A stretch of 64,000 nt of DNA. It comes from the human T2T-CHM13v2.0 reference genome, Homo sapiens. Below are positions 27,470 through 44,800 of this stretch, one piece after another. Under the pieces are notes generated by a model. That model worked only from the letters and a program-made list of their open reading frames with translations. It had not been told where the DNA came from and did not search any database. The first letter of the stretch is position 1. The number at the start of each line of letters is the position of its first letter. A program made the position numbers and the translations under genes. The stretch lies in assembly GCF_009914755.1 (NCBI RefSeq), contig NC_060937.1; one strand, written 5' to 3'.

Positions 27470-27715
27470 ATTTTAAAAAGCTAACATATGTGGGGTGCTT
27501 ACCAGTAACTTTAATGGTGAAATTATTTTATTCCCATAACCCAATGTGAGCTGTATGACAGTATACTGAAAAGCATGTATGACAACATGACAAATTATAA
27601 CACTGTGATTTACGAATATTGGGTAACATGCCTCAGGCTATGCTGTTTGTAAATATCAGAGCAGGAATATCACCAAGGTCTAATCAAGAGCCTATGGTTC
27701 TAACCATTTCCCTGT
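27470..27715 (-). mobile_element. MIR fragment
   Basis: agctaacatat...gtgcttac; gggtaacatgcctcagg...agagcaggaat...caagagcctatggttctaacca. Confidence 0.6.
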
Positions 27716-28137
27716 GTGTTGTCAATCCTAAAAAGAAATGGAAGAAGCAAATAAAAATGACTCCAAAATACCCTCTATTGCTCTTGACTGTTGACAGATT
27801 GAAAGGCCCAAGGCCTGCTATTAGATTCTCATTAGAATAGACGTTATTAGTTTTTATGGAACCCTGGACTTCTTACAGCCTTGCTTATTTTCACTGAAGA
27901 TTGGGTAAACTTTTTTTTTAAATTTTATTATTATTATACTTTAAGTTTTAGGGTACATGTGCACAACGTGCAGGTTTGTTACATATGTATACATGTGCCA
28001 TGTTGGTGTGCTGCACCCATTAACTGGTCATTTAGCATTAGGTATATCTCCTAATGCTATCACTCCCCCCTCCCCCCACCCCACAACAGTCTCCAGTGTG
28101 TGATGTTCCCCTTCCTGTGTCCATGTGATCTCATTGT

Positions 28138-31930
<3,793 letters not shown>

Positions 31931-31993
31931 TATGATGTTAGCTGGTTATTTTGCTCGTTAGTTGGTGCAGTTTCTTCCTAGCCTCGATGGTCT

Positions 31994-33010
31994 TTACAAT
32001 TTGGCATGATTTTGTAGTGGCTGGTACCGGTTGTTTCTTTCCATGTTTAGTGCTTCCTTCAGGAGCTCTTTTAGGGCAGGCCTGATGGTGACAAAATCTC
32101 TCAGCATTTGCTTGTCTCTAAAGTATTTTACTTCTCCTTCACTTATGAAGCTTAGTTTGGCTGGATATGGGATTCTGGGTTGAAAATTCTTTTCTTTAAG
32201 AATGTTGAATATTGGTCCCCACTCTCTTCTGACTTGTAGAGTTTCTGCTGAGAGATCAGCTGTTAGTCTGATGGGCTTCCCTTTGTGGGTAACCCGACCT
32301 TTCTCTCTGGCTGCCCTTAACATTTTTTCCTTCATTTCAATTTTGGTGAATCTGAAAATTATGTGTCTTGGAGTTGCTCTTCTCGAGGAGTATCTTTGTG
32401 GCATTCTCTTTATTTCCTGAATTTGAATGTGGCCTGCCTTGCTAGATTTGGGAAGTTCTCCTGGATAATATCCTGCAGAGTGTTTTCCAACTTGGTTCCA
32501 TTCTCCCCGTCACTTTCAGGTACACCAATCAGATGTAGATTTGGTCTTTTTACATAGTCCCATATTTCTTGGAGGCTTTGTCCGTTTCTTTTTATTCTTT
32601 TTTCTCTAAACTTCTCTTCTCATTTCATTTCATTCATTTCGTCTTCCATCACTGATACCCTTTCTTCCAGTTGATCGCATTGGCTACTGAGGCTTCTGCA
32701 TTAATCATGTCACTCTCATGCCTTGGTTTTCAGCTCCTTCAGGTCCTTTAAGGGCTTCTCTGCATTGGTTTTTCTAGTTATCCATTCATCTAATTTTTTT
32801 TTCAAAGCTTTTAACTTCTTTGTCATTGGTTCGAATTTCCTCCTGTAGCTTGGAGTAGTTTGATCGTCTGAAGCCTTCTTCTCTCAACTCGTCAAAGTCA
32901 TTCTCTGTCTAGCTTTGTTCCGTTGCTGGTGAGGAGCTGCGTTCCTTTGGAGGAGGAGAGGCACTCTGCTTTTTAGAGTTTCCAGTTTTTCTGCTCTGTT
33001 TTTTTCCCAT
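31994..33010 (-). pseudogene. L1 ORF1, disrupted
   Basis: ATG at 33010 (atgggaaaaaaacagagcag); C-terminal RRATPRHII..AREKG..YPAKLSF..YQPLQNHAKL; no continuous ORF. Confidence 0.95.
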
Positions 33011-33989
33011 CTTTGTGGTTTTATCTACCTTTGGTCTTTGATGATGGTGATGTACAGATGGTTTTTTGGTGTGGATGTCCTTTCTGTTTGTTAGTTTTCC
33101 TTCTAACAGACAGGACCCTCAGCTGCAGGTCTGTTGGAGTTTGCTAGAGCTCCATTCCAGACCCTGTTTGCCTGGGTATCAGCAGCAGTGGCTGCAGAAC
33201 AGTTGATATTGGTGAACCACAGATGCTGCTGCCTGATGTTCCTCTGGAAGTTTTGTTTCAGAGGAGTATCCAGCCATGTGAAGTGTCAGTCCGCCCCTAC
33301 TGGGGGGTGCCTCCCAGTTAGGCTACTCAGGGGTCAGGGACCCACTTGAGGAGGCAATCTGCCCGTTCTCAGATCTCAAGCTGCGTGCTGGGAGAACCAC
33401 TACTCTCTTCAAAGCTCAGTTGGAAATGCAGAAATCACCTGTCTTCTGCATCACTCATGCTGGGAGCTGTAGACTGGAGCTGTTCCTATTCAGCCATCTT
33501 GGCTCCTCGCCCAGAGTCTCGATTGGGTGAACTATTAACCTCCCATCATATATGGTATATTAAACCATTTTTATTAAGGAAATAATTAGGAATATAAAAT
33601 GAAAAAATATGTTTTGCAAGGATTAGGTGTTTTATAATTTACAATTATAAAATAAGTAGCAACATGTATGCCTCATTTTAAAGCAACTCTACACTGTGCT
33701 TTTATTATAACATTATATCTGATTTTATAAACAAGCAGTTTTAGATTTCTTTGTCTGATTTTTCTTATTCGGCTCCACTGTATCAGTATTTTGCAATCCA
33801 TATAGGGCCACGATATGGCATTCATAATTTAGTATGACTAAATTGTTGCAAACAAATGTGTAGGCAGTAAACAATTATAGTAATTTGTGTTTTACCATTG
33901 GTGGAATAGTAATATCAAGGATCTAACACAGTAAATATATGTAGTGAAATATGCATGGTTCCAGCGATCTTATGTGAGGGAAGTGAAGA

Positions 33990-34220
33990 TGTAGGCTCTG
34001 AGAATAAATAAATCTGTAATTGGAAACAGATTTAATTAGTTACTATCAGTTTGACTTTGCACAAGTCATGTAATCTTTCAAAGTCCTGGTTTTCCAAACT
34101 GTAAAGTTCATGATAATGTTGGTGCCCAATGAAGGTTGTTACATGATGAAATGAAAGAATGCATGCCAAGATTTCCATATTGCCCTGTTCCAGAAAACTC
34201 AAAAGATGTTAGCCCTGATT
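33990..34220 (+). mobile_element. MIR
   Basis: tgactttgcacaagtcatgtaatct...ggttttccaaactgtaaa...ggttgttacatgatgaaatga. Confidence 0.7.
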
Positions 34221-34902
34221 GTGAAGTCACTGGATGTTCGTGATGTCAATGTCTAATGAAATTAAAATCGATATTTTAAAAAACAGTCCATTGGAGAATG
34301 ACTGGAAAATGGTATCTATCTTTTATTGTTTCATAATTTATTATGTGTTGTTTTGTTGTTTTATTTTGTTTCATTTTCATTTTTTGTTTTCCCAATACTG
34401 TTTGATTGAATACAGAGCATTTTTATAAGCTGGGAAGCCATTTTTCTATATTTAAATTTATTTTCTATCTGGCTCTTATACCAAACTCTTTTTCTAAAGT
34501 TCAGGTGAATACTGCCCAAAATTAAATACTTGAAGAGTGTTTTAAAATTATAAAGAGCAAAACTGCCGATTCTTACAACATCTATATTGTGTAATCCAAA
34601 ACTATATGAAAAAAATATAGAGTAGAATTGTTTTACTAGTTATACATAACTCTAGGAGAATCACTGCCCTCCAAGATAATCACACAAACACCAGTTCCTT
34701 GGAATTGTTTTGATGTATAGGTCATTTTGCTATCAGCTTCTACAGTATTAGAGTATAAAATGTGTATGAATCCCTCGTATAATTATGGTCCACATTTTCT
34801 ATACTCATTTTGAAATATTAGCAGAGCTTAAATATTAGCGGAGCTATAGTCTCAGGACATTTCAGCCTTATGGTCAATTATAAGACAAGCCAAACTTCTT
34901 AC

Positions 34903-35046
34903 TTGTATAGAGAGGGGCAGGTTGGAGTGACCTTGATTGTCAACAAGAATGTTAAAATATAATTGTAGGAAGCTCCTTTTCAGAGTCACGTATTTGTTGC
35001 TGGTGTTCAAGATGTTGGGCAAAACGATGCTGTGGGTCGAAGTAGA
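34903..35046 (-). other. Candidate 144-bp internal exon of an unidentified transcript
   Basis: Acceptor tttttctgacactgtttgcag|TCT, donor CAA|gtaaga; length divisible by 3 with one open frame; not recognisably repeat; several CpGs. Confidence 0.35.
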
Positions 35047-35644
35047 CTGCAAACAGTGTCAGAAAAAATAATATCCAAACAGATTAGGGAGAATCATATG
35101 GCTAGGGGCTTGAAGAAGTGTAAACTATAGCAAACAGCTGCAGGTATTGTTTTCCTTTTATTTTAAGTCTGTCAGTTTTGCAGCAGCAGGCTACGTAAAC
35201 AAGAATGGCCCACACTTGTTTTCGTGGGATCACAGGCTGTTCCTCTGGGAGATGCTAGGAGAGATGAAACACAGGTTACCATGATTTTGTTGATGTGTCC
35301 TACTATTTGATTCTATGTAGAAGGAAACTAAAGGACAGTTGAGGGAGGATTATTCAGATTCCAAATCTCCCTACTTACAAAAAGAAGAATGGATTTTAAA
35401 AAGAATTTTAATGACATTGTAGGATTCTAATCTTTAATTTGCATAAATCTGATAATCTGCAGATGATTGCAATGAATTCTTGTTTAGTGTTAGCCTAATT
35501 TAACCAATGCAAAACTTATCAAAGAAAACATGGTTGGAAGAAACAGTCTTCACCAATCTAGTATATTAAGAGTAACATTGTCGTGTTTTATATTTTAGTT
35601 TGAAAACAACAAACTTAATTTTTAAATCAAGTAGAAATCCAGAT

Positions 35645-35674
35645 ACACACGCGCACACACACACACACACACAC
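35645..35674. repeat. (CA)n microsatellite with CG interruption
   Basis: Seen directly. Confidence 0.95.
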
Positions 35675-37004
35675 AGTTAAACTATTTAGAATGCTTCAGT
35701 AAAATAGAAATTTCTTTATAGGCAGAATGTACTTTCATATAAAAAATAGGCTCTGTATGTATTCTTTTATGATAAATGTGCAGGGGATTTGAGGACAGAA
35801 TTCTGAAACGTTATATTGGTTAAATGAGACTGTAGCATTATGTTCCTAATCCCTGGATCCCCATAAACTTGAAATGGTGTTATTTTGTATCAAAACAAGA
35901 GAGAAATTATACAAGCAAATGGTTTGCTTTGTGGCTACAAGCTTAAAGTGATGAAATTGCTAAGAGAAAATGCACAAAAATAGTGCACAGGGAGTCAGAT
36001 AATTGTATTTTTTACCTGTATTGTGTTTTGAGTGACTAGCCTATGAAAAATGTAAGGTTGCACTGCTTTACATAGTTCTCTATAAACACTTTACCTTTCC
36101 AAACATCCGTAAAATGTTTGGTGAAAAACAGTTCTCTTTCTTGCTTTATATTCTACTTAGTGTAAAGAGTAGTCCCTCTAAGTAATTTTACGTTTATGTT
36201 TGATGGTGAACAACCACTAGTATGGTAAAGAAGTGTTCATTTGACATAGAATTTAAACTGAAGATGCAAAACATTCTCATATAGGCTGAAACATTTTTAT
36301 TTGTGAGGTCTTTATCTACATTATATAATGATACAAATATATCTAAATAAGTGGATTTTTCATATTATTAGGATTCAGAATTAAATAATAACTACATTTT
36401 GTCTCTTTGTATTTGGCTGAATGTATATAGTACATTTTCACCTATTTTCCTTCTAAAATACTGCTCATCACATCTGATATAATTGAATAAAATTGTTAAC
36501 TATTTATCAAAATGAGTTTTGATATATTTTCAAATGCAACAAGAAATTGGAAAAAAAGATGTACTATGGCTCCTTTTATACTATCTTTTATGTGTTTATA
36601 ATTTGTTTTATATTACTTGGAAGAAAATTATTTGGCTTCAGGCTTATTCAGTGAGCTCAGGAGTATCCTATAGAAAAAGAAAAAAAATTACCAAAGCACT
36701 ATTAAAATGTCCAGCATAGCTACTTATTTAAAACAACCCAACAGCTTAGTTTTCTACATGTTATGAAACTTCCTGCTTCAAGAAACACTATAAATACATA
36801 GACAGTTTTCCAATTCAGAGAATTAATTTAAAAACTAAATGTGTTTTGCATTTTGTCCTATAGAGTTCGTAGGACTAGCTTCTTTTAACTGAAAAAAAAA
36901 ATAGAAAATCTCACTTTACACTATTGTTTTCCTCTGAATTGCTGATTAATTGACTGACTACTTTTTATTTTGTTACTAAATAGTCAATTTAAAATATAGA
37001 AAAA

Positions 37005-37461
<457 letters not shown>

Positions 37462-37579
37462 TATAACAACTTTTACAGTTTCTACAAAGCATGTTTATTA
37501 TATAAATGTTTACGATTTCTACATAATAGTATACAGTTAAAAAAAACTATTGCAATAAAACTTTCTATAATTAAATTAA

Positions 37580-40500
37580 GAAAATTCATAAACCTTTAGG
37601 CATACTAAATAAGAGAGGAAGAGAGTGACCCAAATAAATAAAATCAAAGATGAAAAAGTAGACATTACAGCTGTTACAGCAGAAATTCAAAGGATCATTA
37701 ATGGCTGCTATAAACAACTATATGCCAATAAATTGGAAAATGAAGAAGAAATGGATACATTTCTAGACACCTACAACCTACCAAGAATGAACCATGAAGA
37801 AATCCGGAACCTGAACACACCAATAACAGGTAACAAGATCCCATAATAAAAACTATCCCAGTAAAGAAAAACCCAGGACCTTATGTCTTCACTGCTAAAC
37901 TCTACCAAACATTTAAAAAAGAATAGAAATCCTACTCAAACTGTTCCAAAAAGTAGAGAAGAAAGAAATACTTCCAAACTCATTCTACAAAGCCAGTATT
38001 ACCTTGATACCAAAACCAAAGACACATCAAAAAAATAAAATTACAGATAAATATCTCTGATGAATGTTAATGCAGAAATCCTCCACAAGATACTAGCAAA
38101 CCAAATTCAACAATGCATTAAAAGATCATTCATCATGATGAAGTGAGATTTAACCCAGAAATGCAAGAGTGGTTCAACATATGCAAATCAGTCAATATGA
38201 TACATCATATCAACAGAAGAAAAAACAAACACTATAGGATCATTTCAATTGATGCTGAAAAAGCATTTAATAAAATTCAATCTCGCTGCATGATAAAATC
38301 TCCCAAAAAACTGGGCATAGAAGGAGCATATTTCAACATAATAAAAGCCATAGCCATATATGACAGACCCATAGTTAGTATCATTCTGAATGGTGAAAAA
38401 CTAAAAGCCTTTCCTCTTAGATCTGGAACATGACAAGGATGCCCACTTTCACTACTGTTATTCAACAAAGTACTGGAAGCCCTAGCTAGAGCAGACAAGA
38501 GAAGGAAATAAAGGTCATGTGAATTGGAAAGGAAGAAATAACATTATCATTGTTTGCAGATGGTATGATCTGATATATGTTGAAACCTAAAGACTCCACC
38601 AGAAAAACTATTAGGACTGATATACAAATTTAGTAAAGTTGCAGGATTCAAGACCAACATACAAAAATCAGTAGCATTTATATATCCCAATAGTGAACCA
38701 TTTGAAATAGAAATTTTAATATGTAATCCTATTTGCAATAGCCAAACATAAAATTAAATACCTAGGAATAAACTTAACCAAACAATCAAAAGACCTGTGC
38801 AGTGAAAACTATAAACACTAATGAAAAAAAATTGAAGAACGCCCCAAAAATTGAAAGATAGTCCATGTTAATGGATTGGAAGAATCAATATTGTTAAAAT
38901 GTTCTTACTACCCAAAGCAATCTACAGATTCAATGCAATTCCTATCAAAATACCAATCACATTTTTTCACAGAAATAGAAAAAAAATACCAACATTTATA
39001 TGGAACCATAAAAGGCCCAGAATAGCCAAAGCTATCATGAGCAACAAAACTGGAGGAAATCCATTACCTGACTTCAAAATATACTACAGAGCTGCAATAA
39101 CCAAATCAGCATGGTATTGGCATAAAAACAGACACATAGATCAGTGGAACAGAGCAGAGAACTCAGGAACAAAGTCACACATGTACAGTGAACTCAATTT
39201 TGACAAAGTGCCAAGAACATACATTGGGAAAAAGACAGTCTCTTTAATAAATGGTGCTGGGAAACTGATACCCATATGCAGAAGAATGAAATTAGACCAT
39301 TTCTTCTGTACCCTGTATCTTAACAATATACAACAATCAAATCAAAATACATAAAGACTTAAATCTAAGACCTCAAACTATGAAACTACTACAAGAAAAC
39401 ATTGAGGAGACTCTCCAGGATATTGCCTTGGCAAAACGTTCTTGAGTGATACCCCAAAAGCACAGGCAACCGAAGCAAAAATGGATAAATTGACAAATGG
39501 CATTATATCAAGTTAAGAAGCTTCTGCATGGCAAAGGGAATAATCAACAAAGTGAAGAGACAACCCATAGAATGGGAGAAAATATTTGTGAACTACCCAT
39601 CTGAAATGATTAATAACCAGAATATGTAAGGAGGGCAAACACTCTATAGGGAAAAATTTAATAATCTGATTTAAAAATGGGCAAAATATTTGAATAAACC
39701 TTTCTCAAAATAAGACATACAAATGGAAAAAAAGCAGGCATATGAAAAGGTGCTTAATATTATTGACGATCAGAGAAATGCAAATTAAAACTAAAATGAT
39801 ATATCATCTCACCCCGTTTAAAATGGCTTTAACCCAAAAGTGAGGCAATAACAAATGCTGGCAAGGATGTGGATTAAAGTGAATGTTTGTACACTGTTAG
39901 TGGGAATGTAAATTAGTATAACCACTATGTAAGATAGTTTGGAGGTTACTAAAAATAGAACTACTATATGATCCAGCAATCTCATTACTGGGTATATTCC
40001 CAAAAGAAAAGAAATCAGTATATCAAAGGTAATCTTAAAACATTTCTAGGATACCTGCACTCCTATATTTGCTGCGGCACTGCTCACAATAGCCAAGATT
40101 TGGAAGCAAACTAAGTGTCCATCAACAGATGAATGGATAAAGAAAATGTAGTACTGATACACAATAGAGTACTATTCAGCCAGAAGAAAAGAAAGTGATT
40201 CTATCATTTGCAACAACATAGATGGAATGGGAGGACATTGAAATAAGTCAGACACAGAAAGAAAAACATTGTATGTTTTCACTTGTTTGTGACATCAAAA
40301 AATAGCAACAATTAAACTAATGGAAATAGATAATAGAAGGATGGTTACCAGAGACTGGCAAGGGTAATGGGGGAGTGGGTGGGAGGTGGGGATGGTTAAT
40401 GGGTACAAAAAATAGAAAGAAAGGAAAAAACCTAATATTTGATAGCACAACGGGCCACTGTAGTCAACAATCAGTTAAAATACATTTAAAAATAAATAAA

Positions 40501-40670
40501 ATAGTCCAATTGAATTGTTTGTAACACAAAGAATAAATGCTTGAGGGGATGAATATCCAATTTTCCATGATGTGATTATTATGTATTGCATACCTGTACC
40601 CAAATATCTCATACATTCCATAAATATCTATACCTATTATGTACCCACAAAAATTTAAAATTAAAATCAA
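37580..40670 (+). mobile_element. L1MA (L1MA2/3-like) ORF2 remnant and 3'UTR
   Basis: ORF remnants [40 protein letters not shown]; L1MA 3' end with A-rich tail. Confidence 0.92.
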
Positions 40671-41389
40671 AAGATATTAGATAAGAATTTACTTGAAACT
40701 AAAGACACAGAGAAGTGAAGGCACATTTATTTCATCAACCCCAATAAGAAAATCTTTCAAACACCTACAGTATTTTGCCTCCTCCTTGCCTCCAATCCTT
40801 AATATATTTGACATAGCAACTTCACTATTTGGTACACTTACATTTATGTTCTTCTTCAGTTTCTTGCCTGCCCATTTGCTTCTCTTGTTTCCTTGATATT
40901 TCCCCACTTGATAACATACCCTGATACTAGCTATTGAACAACACCAGCATTTGATTTTTAAGAGTTAATATAAGTAAAAACTTTGGATTATTAAATAAAT
41001 ATTTCTTGTATTAGTACAGCAATTGTTTACTATATACTTCTGTAAGTGTGAAAGATAATGATTCTTCTCTTTCCTCTTTGTAAATGCTAGTCAATGGAAT
41101 GACTTTGAATTTGAGATCCTTACCCATATCTCAGAAATCAAGATTGCTTGAAGAAATTATCTCAACTTATCTTAGGTTATAGAAAATAAAAAAAGGCTTC
41201 TTCAGAGAGTATTTATGATGTATTCTTAAGACATTTCTAGGAAATGGAAAGGAGAGCGATGGTGCTCACGCTTAGAAAACACCATTTCTTCCCGTTAGTA
41301 TTTTTCAGTACTCACTCAAAAAAGGACAAATGCTCTGGCAACATGTGCTTTATTCTCTGCCTTTTAATGTTATTTATGCAATAATTAAC

Positions 41390-41790
41390 TCATTAATTAA
41401 TTTAATACCTATTGAGTACAATATCTAATGAGCTAGATAATATATATACATTTTGGAAATACAGCAATAAATATGTACTCATGTACAGGCAGGAGTATAT
41501 ATATAATATAAATATGTACTCATGTAGAAGGAGGAGTACATATATAGTATAAACACGTATCTAGTGATAAGTAGGAAGAAGCACTGTATAAAGCAAGGGA
41601 AAGTTGATACAGAGCAGAGGGTATGTTTATAGGGTGAGATGGCTTCACAGTATGGCTATACTGAATTAAGTTGTGGAATAAGCCAAGTACTCATACATGC
41701 CTGTATCCAGGTAGAGGGCTAAAATGCAGGCAAGAGCATACTTGACGTATTTTAGGAGGAACAATAATGTTATTGTGGCTTTAGCTAAGT
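41390..41790 (-). mobile_element. L2 3' fragment containing a 41-bp tandem duplication (41467-41548)
   Basis: cattaattaatttaatacctattgagtac...ggaaatacagcaataaa; units ataaatatgtactcatgta. Confidence 0.6.
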
Positions 41791-42660
41791 AAGACGATCA
41801 GAAAATTTTTCTACCAAAGTAACTATTAAGCTGGGCAAAATTGAGAAACAACAAAATAACCCCACAAATATTTCAGTGTTCTCAAAATGGCCCAAAGGTG
41901 TATAATAATCAGAGAACTATGCATTCTTGAAAAGCTGTCAAATGTGGAGTCAGAACACAAAGAATCTATGCCTTCCCCCGCAGGCCTATTCCTATCACCA
42001 CCTCCCTACCCCAGTTGGGTAGGCATGGAGCTTCTACTATGGTGAGACAGTCCATGAGGGATGGCAGCCTCCCTGCCATAGTCTAAGGAAGCTCACTTAT
42101 TTTCAAGCATTGGGTGATGCAGCTTCATCCTTGATTGCAATGATGATCTCAGATAAGTAAGGAGAGCCAACAGCTTTACTAGCCTGAGGTTTCTGTCTTG
42201 GTTGCAGCAAACATATTCTTCGTTGAGTTTGCTCTCCTGTTTAGAGAAGACAGAGAAGGCCTAAGTTAACCCCACACTCCTGGAAAACCCTGAAGCTGTG
42301 CTTTTGCACACTGAGGAAGGGCAAAATAGAGCCCACTGAAAAGTACACTCCAGGGCAACCATGAAAACCCCGAAGGCACTTATTACCCACAGAGATCCAT
42401 TTTCAGCTGAGGGATTTCTTGCTGGATCAAGGCATTTGAGAATAACTTCTCTCCAATCACTGACCACTAAGCTACGCATATAGAGGAGTGAACCCTAGGA
42501 AGCCCAGTTTAAAAATACTATCAAGAAAACCCCACAAACAGTAAGAAGGAACATCAGCTGCCACACAATGCAGGGAGACGTATTTCACAGAACTACACTA
42601 GGTCCTAAGTAAAGAAACAGCACACAAACCAAAAATCCAGAAGCAGCAGCAAATGTCACA
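41790..42660 (+). mobile_element. Ancient L1ME-type 5' region
   Basis: aactattaagctgggcaaaattg...atttcagtgttctc...ctctccaatcactgaccactaagcta. Confidence 0.5.
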
Positions 42661-42662
42661 GC

Positions 42663-43290
42663 AATATATCCAAAAGAAAGAAAATCAGTATGTTGGAGAG
42701 ATATCTCCACTCCTGTGTTTATTACATCACTATTCACAATAGCCAAGATATCAACGGAAGAATGGATAATGAAAATGTGGTACATATGTACAAGGAAATA
42801 GTATTCATCCATAAAATGAATAAAATTATGTCATTTGGAATAATGTGGCTGGAACTGGAGGACATTATATTAAGTGAGATAAGCCAGACACAGAAAGACA
42901 AATATTGCATGTTCTTGCTCATATGTGGAAGCTCATGGATATAGAAAGTGTAATAATGTTTACCAGAAGCTGGGAAGAGTAGTGTGGAGAAGGGGATACA
43001 GGGGGGCTGATTAATGGGTACAAAAGTATAGTTAGTTAGAGAGTATGAATAAGATCCAGTGTTCAGTAGCACAATAGGGTGACTATAGTTAACAATAATT
43101 TATTCTATATTTCAAAATAAATAGATGAGTAGATTTGGAATATTGCCAACACAAATAAGTGATAAATATTTGATTAATTACCTGATTTGATCATTACACA
43201 TTGTATCATGTATCAAAATATCACATGTACCCAATTAATATGTGGAAGTATTAAGTACCCATAAAAGTTTAAAATCAACATTAAAAACTT
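42663..43290 (+). mobile_element. L1MA (L1MA5-7-like) 3' end
   Basis: aaatcagtatgttggagagatatctccactcc...gcacaatagggtgactatagttaacaataatt...cctgatttgatcattacacattgtat. Confidence 0.85.
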
Positions 43291-44105
43291 TGTAATTCAG
43301 AGATACCATGAAGAAAAGAAAAAGACTGGGAGAAAATATTAGCAAACCATATAACAAATCGATTATGATAAAAACAATAAATATGTGTGTAATAAATTTG
43401 TAAATACACCTGTACACAGTGGAATGGCTATAATAATACAGACACAATATCAAGTTCTGGTAAGAATGTGGAGAAACTGGAATTCTTATATATTACTGGT
43501 GAATGAAAATGGTAAATTCACTTTGGAAAACATAAACTTACCTTATGACCCAGCAACCTGTCTCCTAGAAATCAATCCTAGATAAGTGAAAGAAATACAC
43601 AGAAATGCAAACATGTAGGTTTTATGGCATTTTTATTCACAATAACTTAACCTTGAAAAACCCTAAATGTAGAATCATCCAAATGGGACACATGCACACA
43701 ATGGAATTTATTCAGCAATGAAAAAAAATGAACTATGAATACATGCTACATCACAGGTGAGCCTCAAAAATATCATGCTGGGCGAATGAATCTAGACTCC
43801 AAAGACCACATATTATATAATTGTGTTCATATAAAATATATATAAAGGGCAAACGTATAGACGCAGAAACCCGATTAGCAGTTGCCTAGGATGAGGGGTA
43901 TAGGACTTGTGTACATAATAACACAAAGTAATTTTGGAGGTAAAATAAATTTTTGGAAGCTGCATTGTGGTAATGATCACAGGACTCTATGGATTTACCA
44001 AAGCATCATTATATACTGACAGTGTTTGATGTTTGTCATACGTAAATTTATGCCTTAATGAAGAAAGCTTTAAAAATAAAGGAAGAAAGCTTTAAAAATA
44101 AAGAA
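43290..44105 (+). mobile_element. L1ME 3' fragment; perfect 22-bp tandem duplication at 44060-44103
   Basis: gaatgtggagaaactggaattct...ccttatgacccagcaa...gcctcaaaaatatcatgctg...gattagcagttgcctagg. Confidence 0.75.
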
Positions 44106-44589
44106 TGAAAGAAAGAAAGCCATCTGGAGCAAAGTAAGCAAGTGGAGAAGGGCAATGTATTAATTTACAATAAACAATAGAATTGATGCTTTGGGAGAAA
44201 TATATGTATTGACATGACCAACATATTATTTCCCTATAAAGTTACCTGTAAAATCAAATAAAATAAGATCATCAATTTATTAATTTTTAATGAAAAATGT
44301 TCTAAGAAATGGTATAATTGAGTATGCACAGATAGACCATTCTATCCTGATAGACACAACTGAACCATGGGAAGATAAATAAAAGGTGAGGATTGTTTAG
44401 TGGCATGGTTTAAACAAGAGTAGTCATGTTTAAATAGGTAATGACATCATGCTAGGACAGGTTTATAAATTTATCTCACAATGACAGTAATTCTAGAAAT
44501 GTGATTAGCATACTTCAAGTTGATTAGCTACAATTTAGTATAGCATTACCACAATGATATCTAAATACTTGAAATCTATTGTCTAAATT

Positions 44590-44800
44590 AGCATTATGCA
44601 ACAGAAGTTTCTGTGATGACAGAAGTGTTCTCTGTTCTGTCTAGTATTGTAACCACTAAGGACTGGTGGTTGTTGAGCATTCAGAATCTGGGTAGTGTAG
44701 CTAATTAAATTTTTAATTTAAGTAAATTTGAATTAACTTAAAATTAAATTTTAATAGGAACATATGATTAGTTGCTACAGTATTGAAATACAAAGTTCTA
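44590..44800 (+). mobile_element. MER3 (hAT-Charlie)
   Basis: caacagaagtttctgtgatgacagaagtgttct...gtaaccacta...gttgagcatt...tagttgctacagtattga. Confidence 0.75.

Noticed and set aside
40029-40049. The 21-nt insert begins GTAA and ends TTTCTAG like an intron
   Set aside because: Far below minimal spliceosomal intron size; better explained by the donor at 41220.
40360-40403. G-quadruplex-like tract (also about 8734-8777)
   Set aside because: Standard G-rich tract of L1 3'UTRs.
41467-41548. 41-bp units (and 22-bp units at 44060-44103) as a CRISPR-like or functional array
   Set aside because: Only two adjacent copies, no spacers, inside decayed repeats; ordinary tandem duplications.
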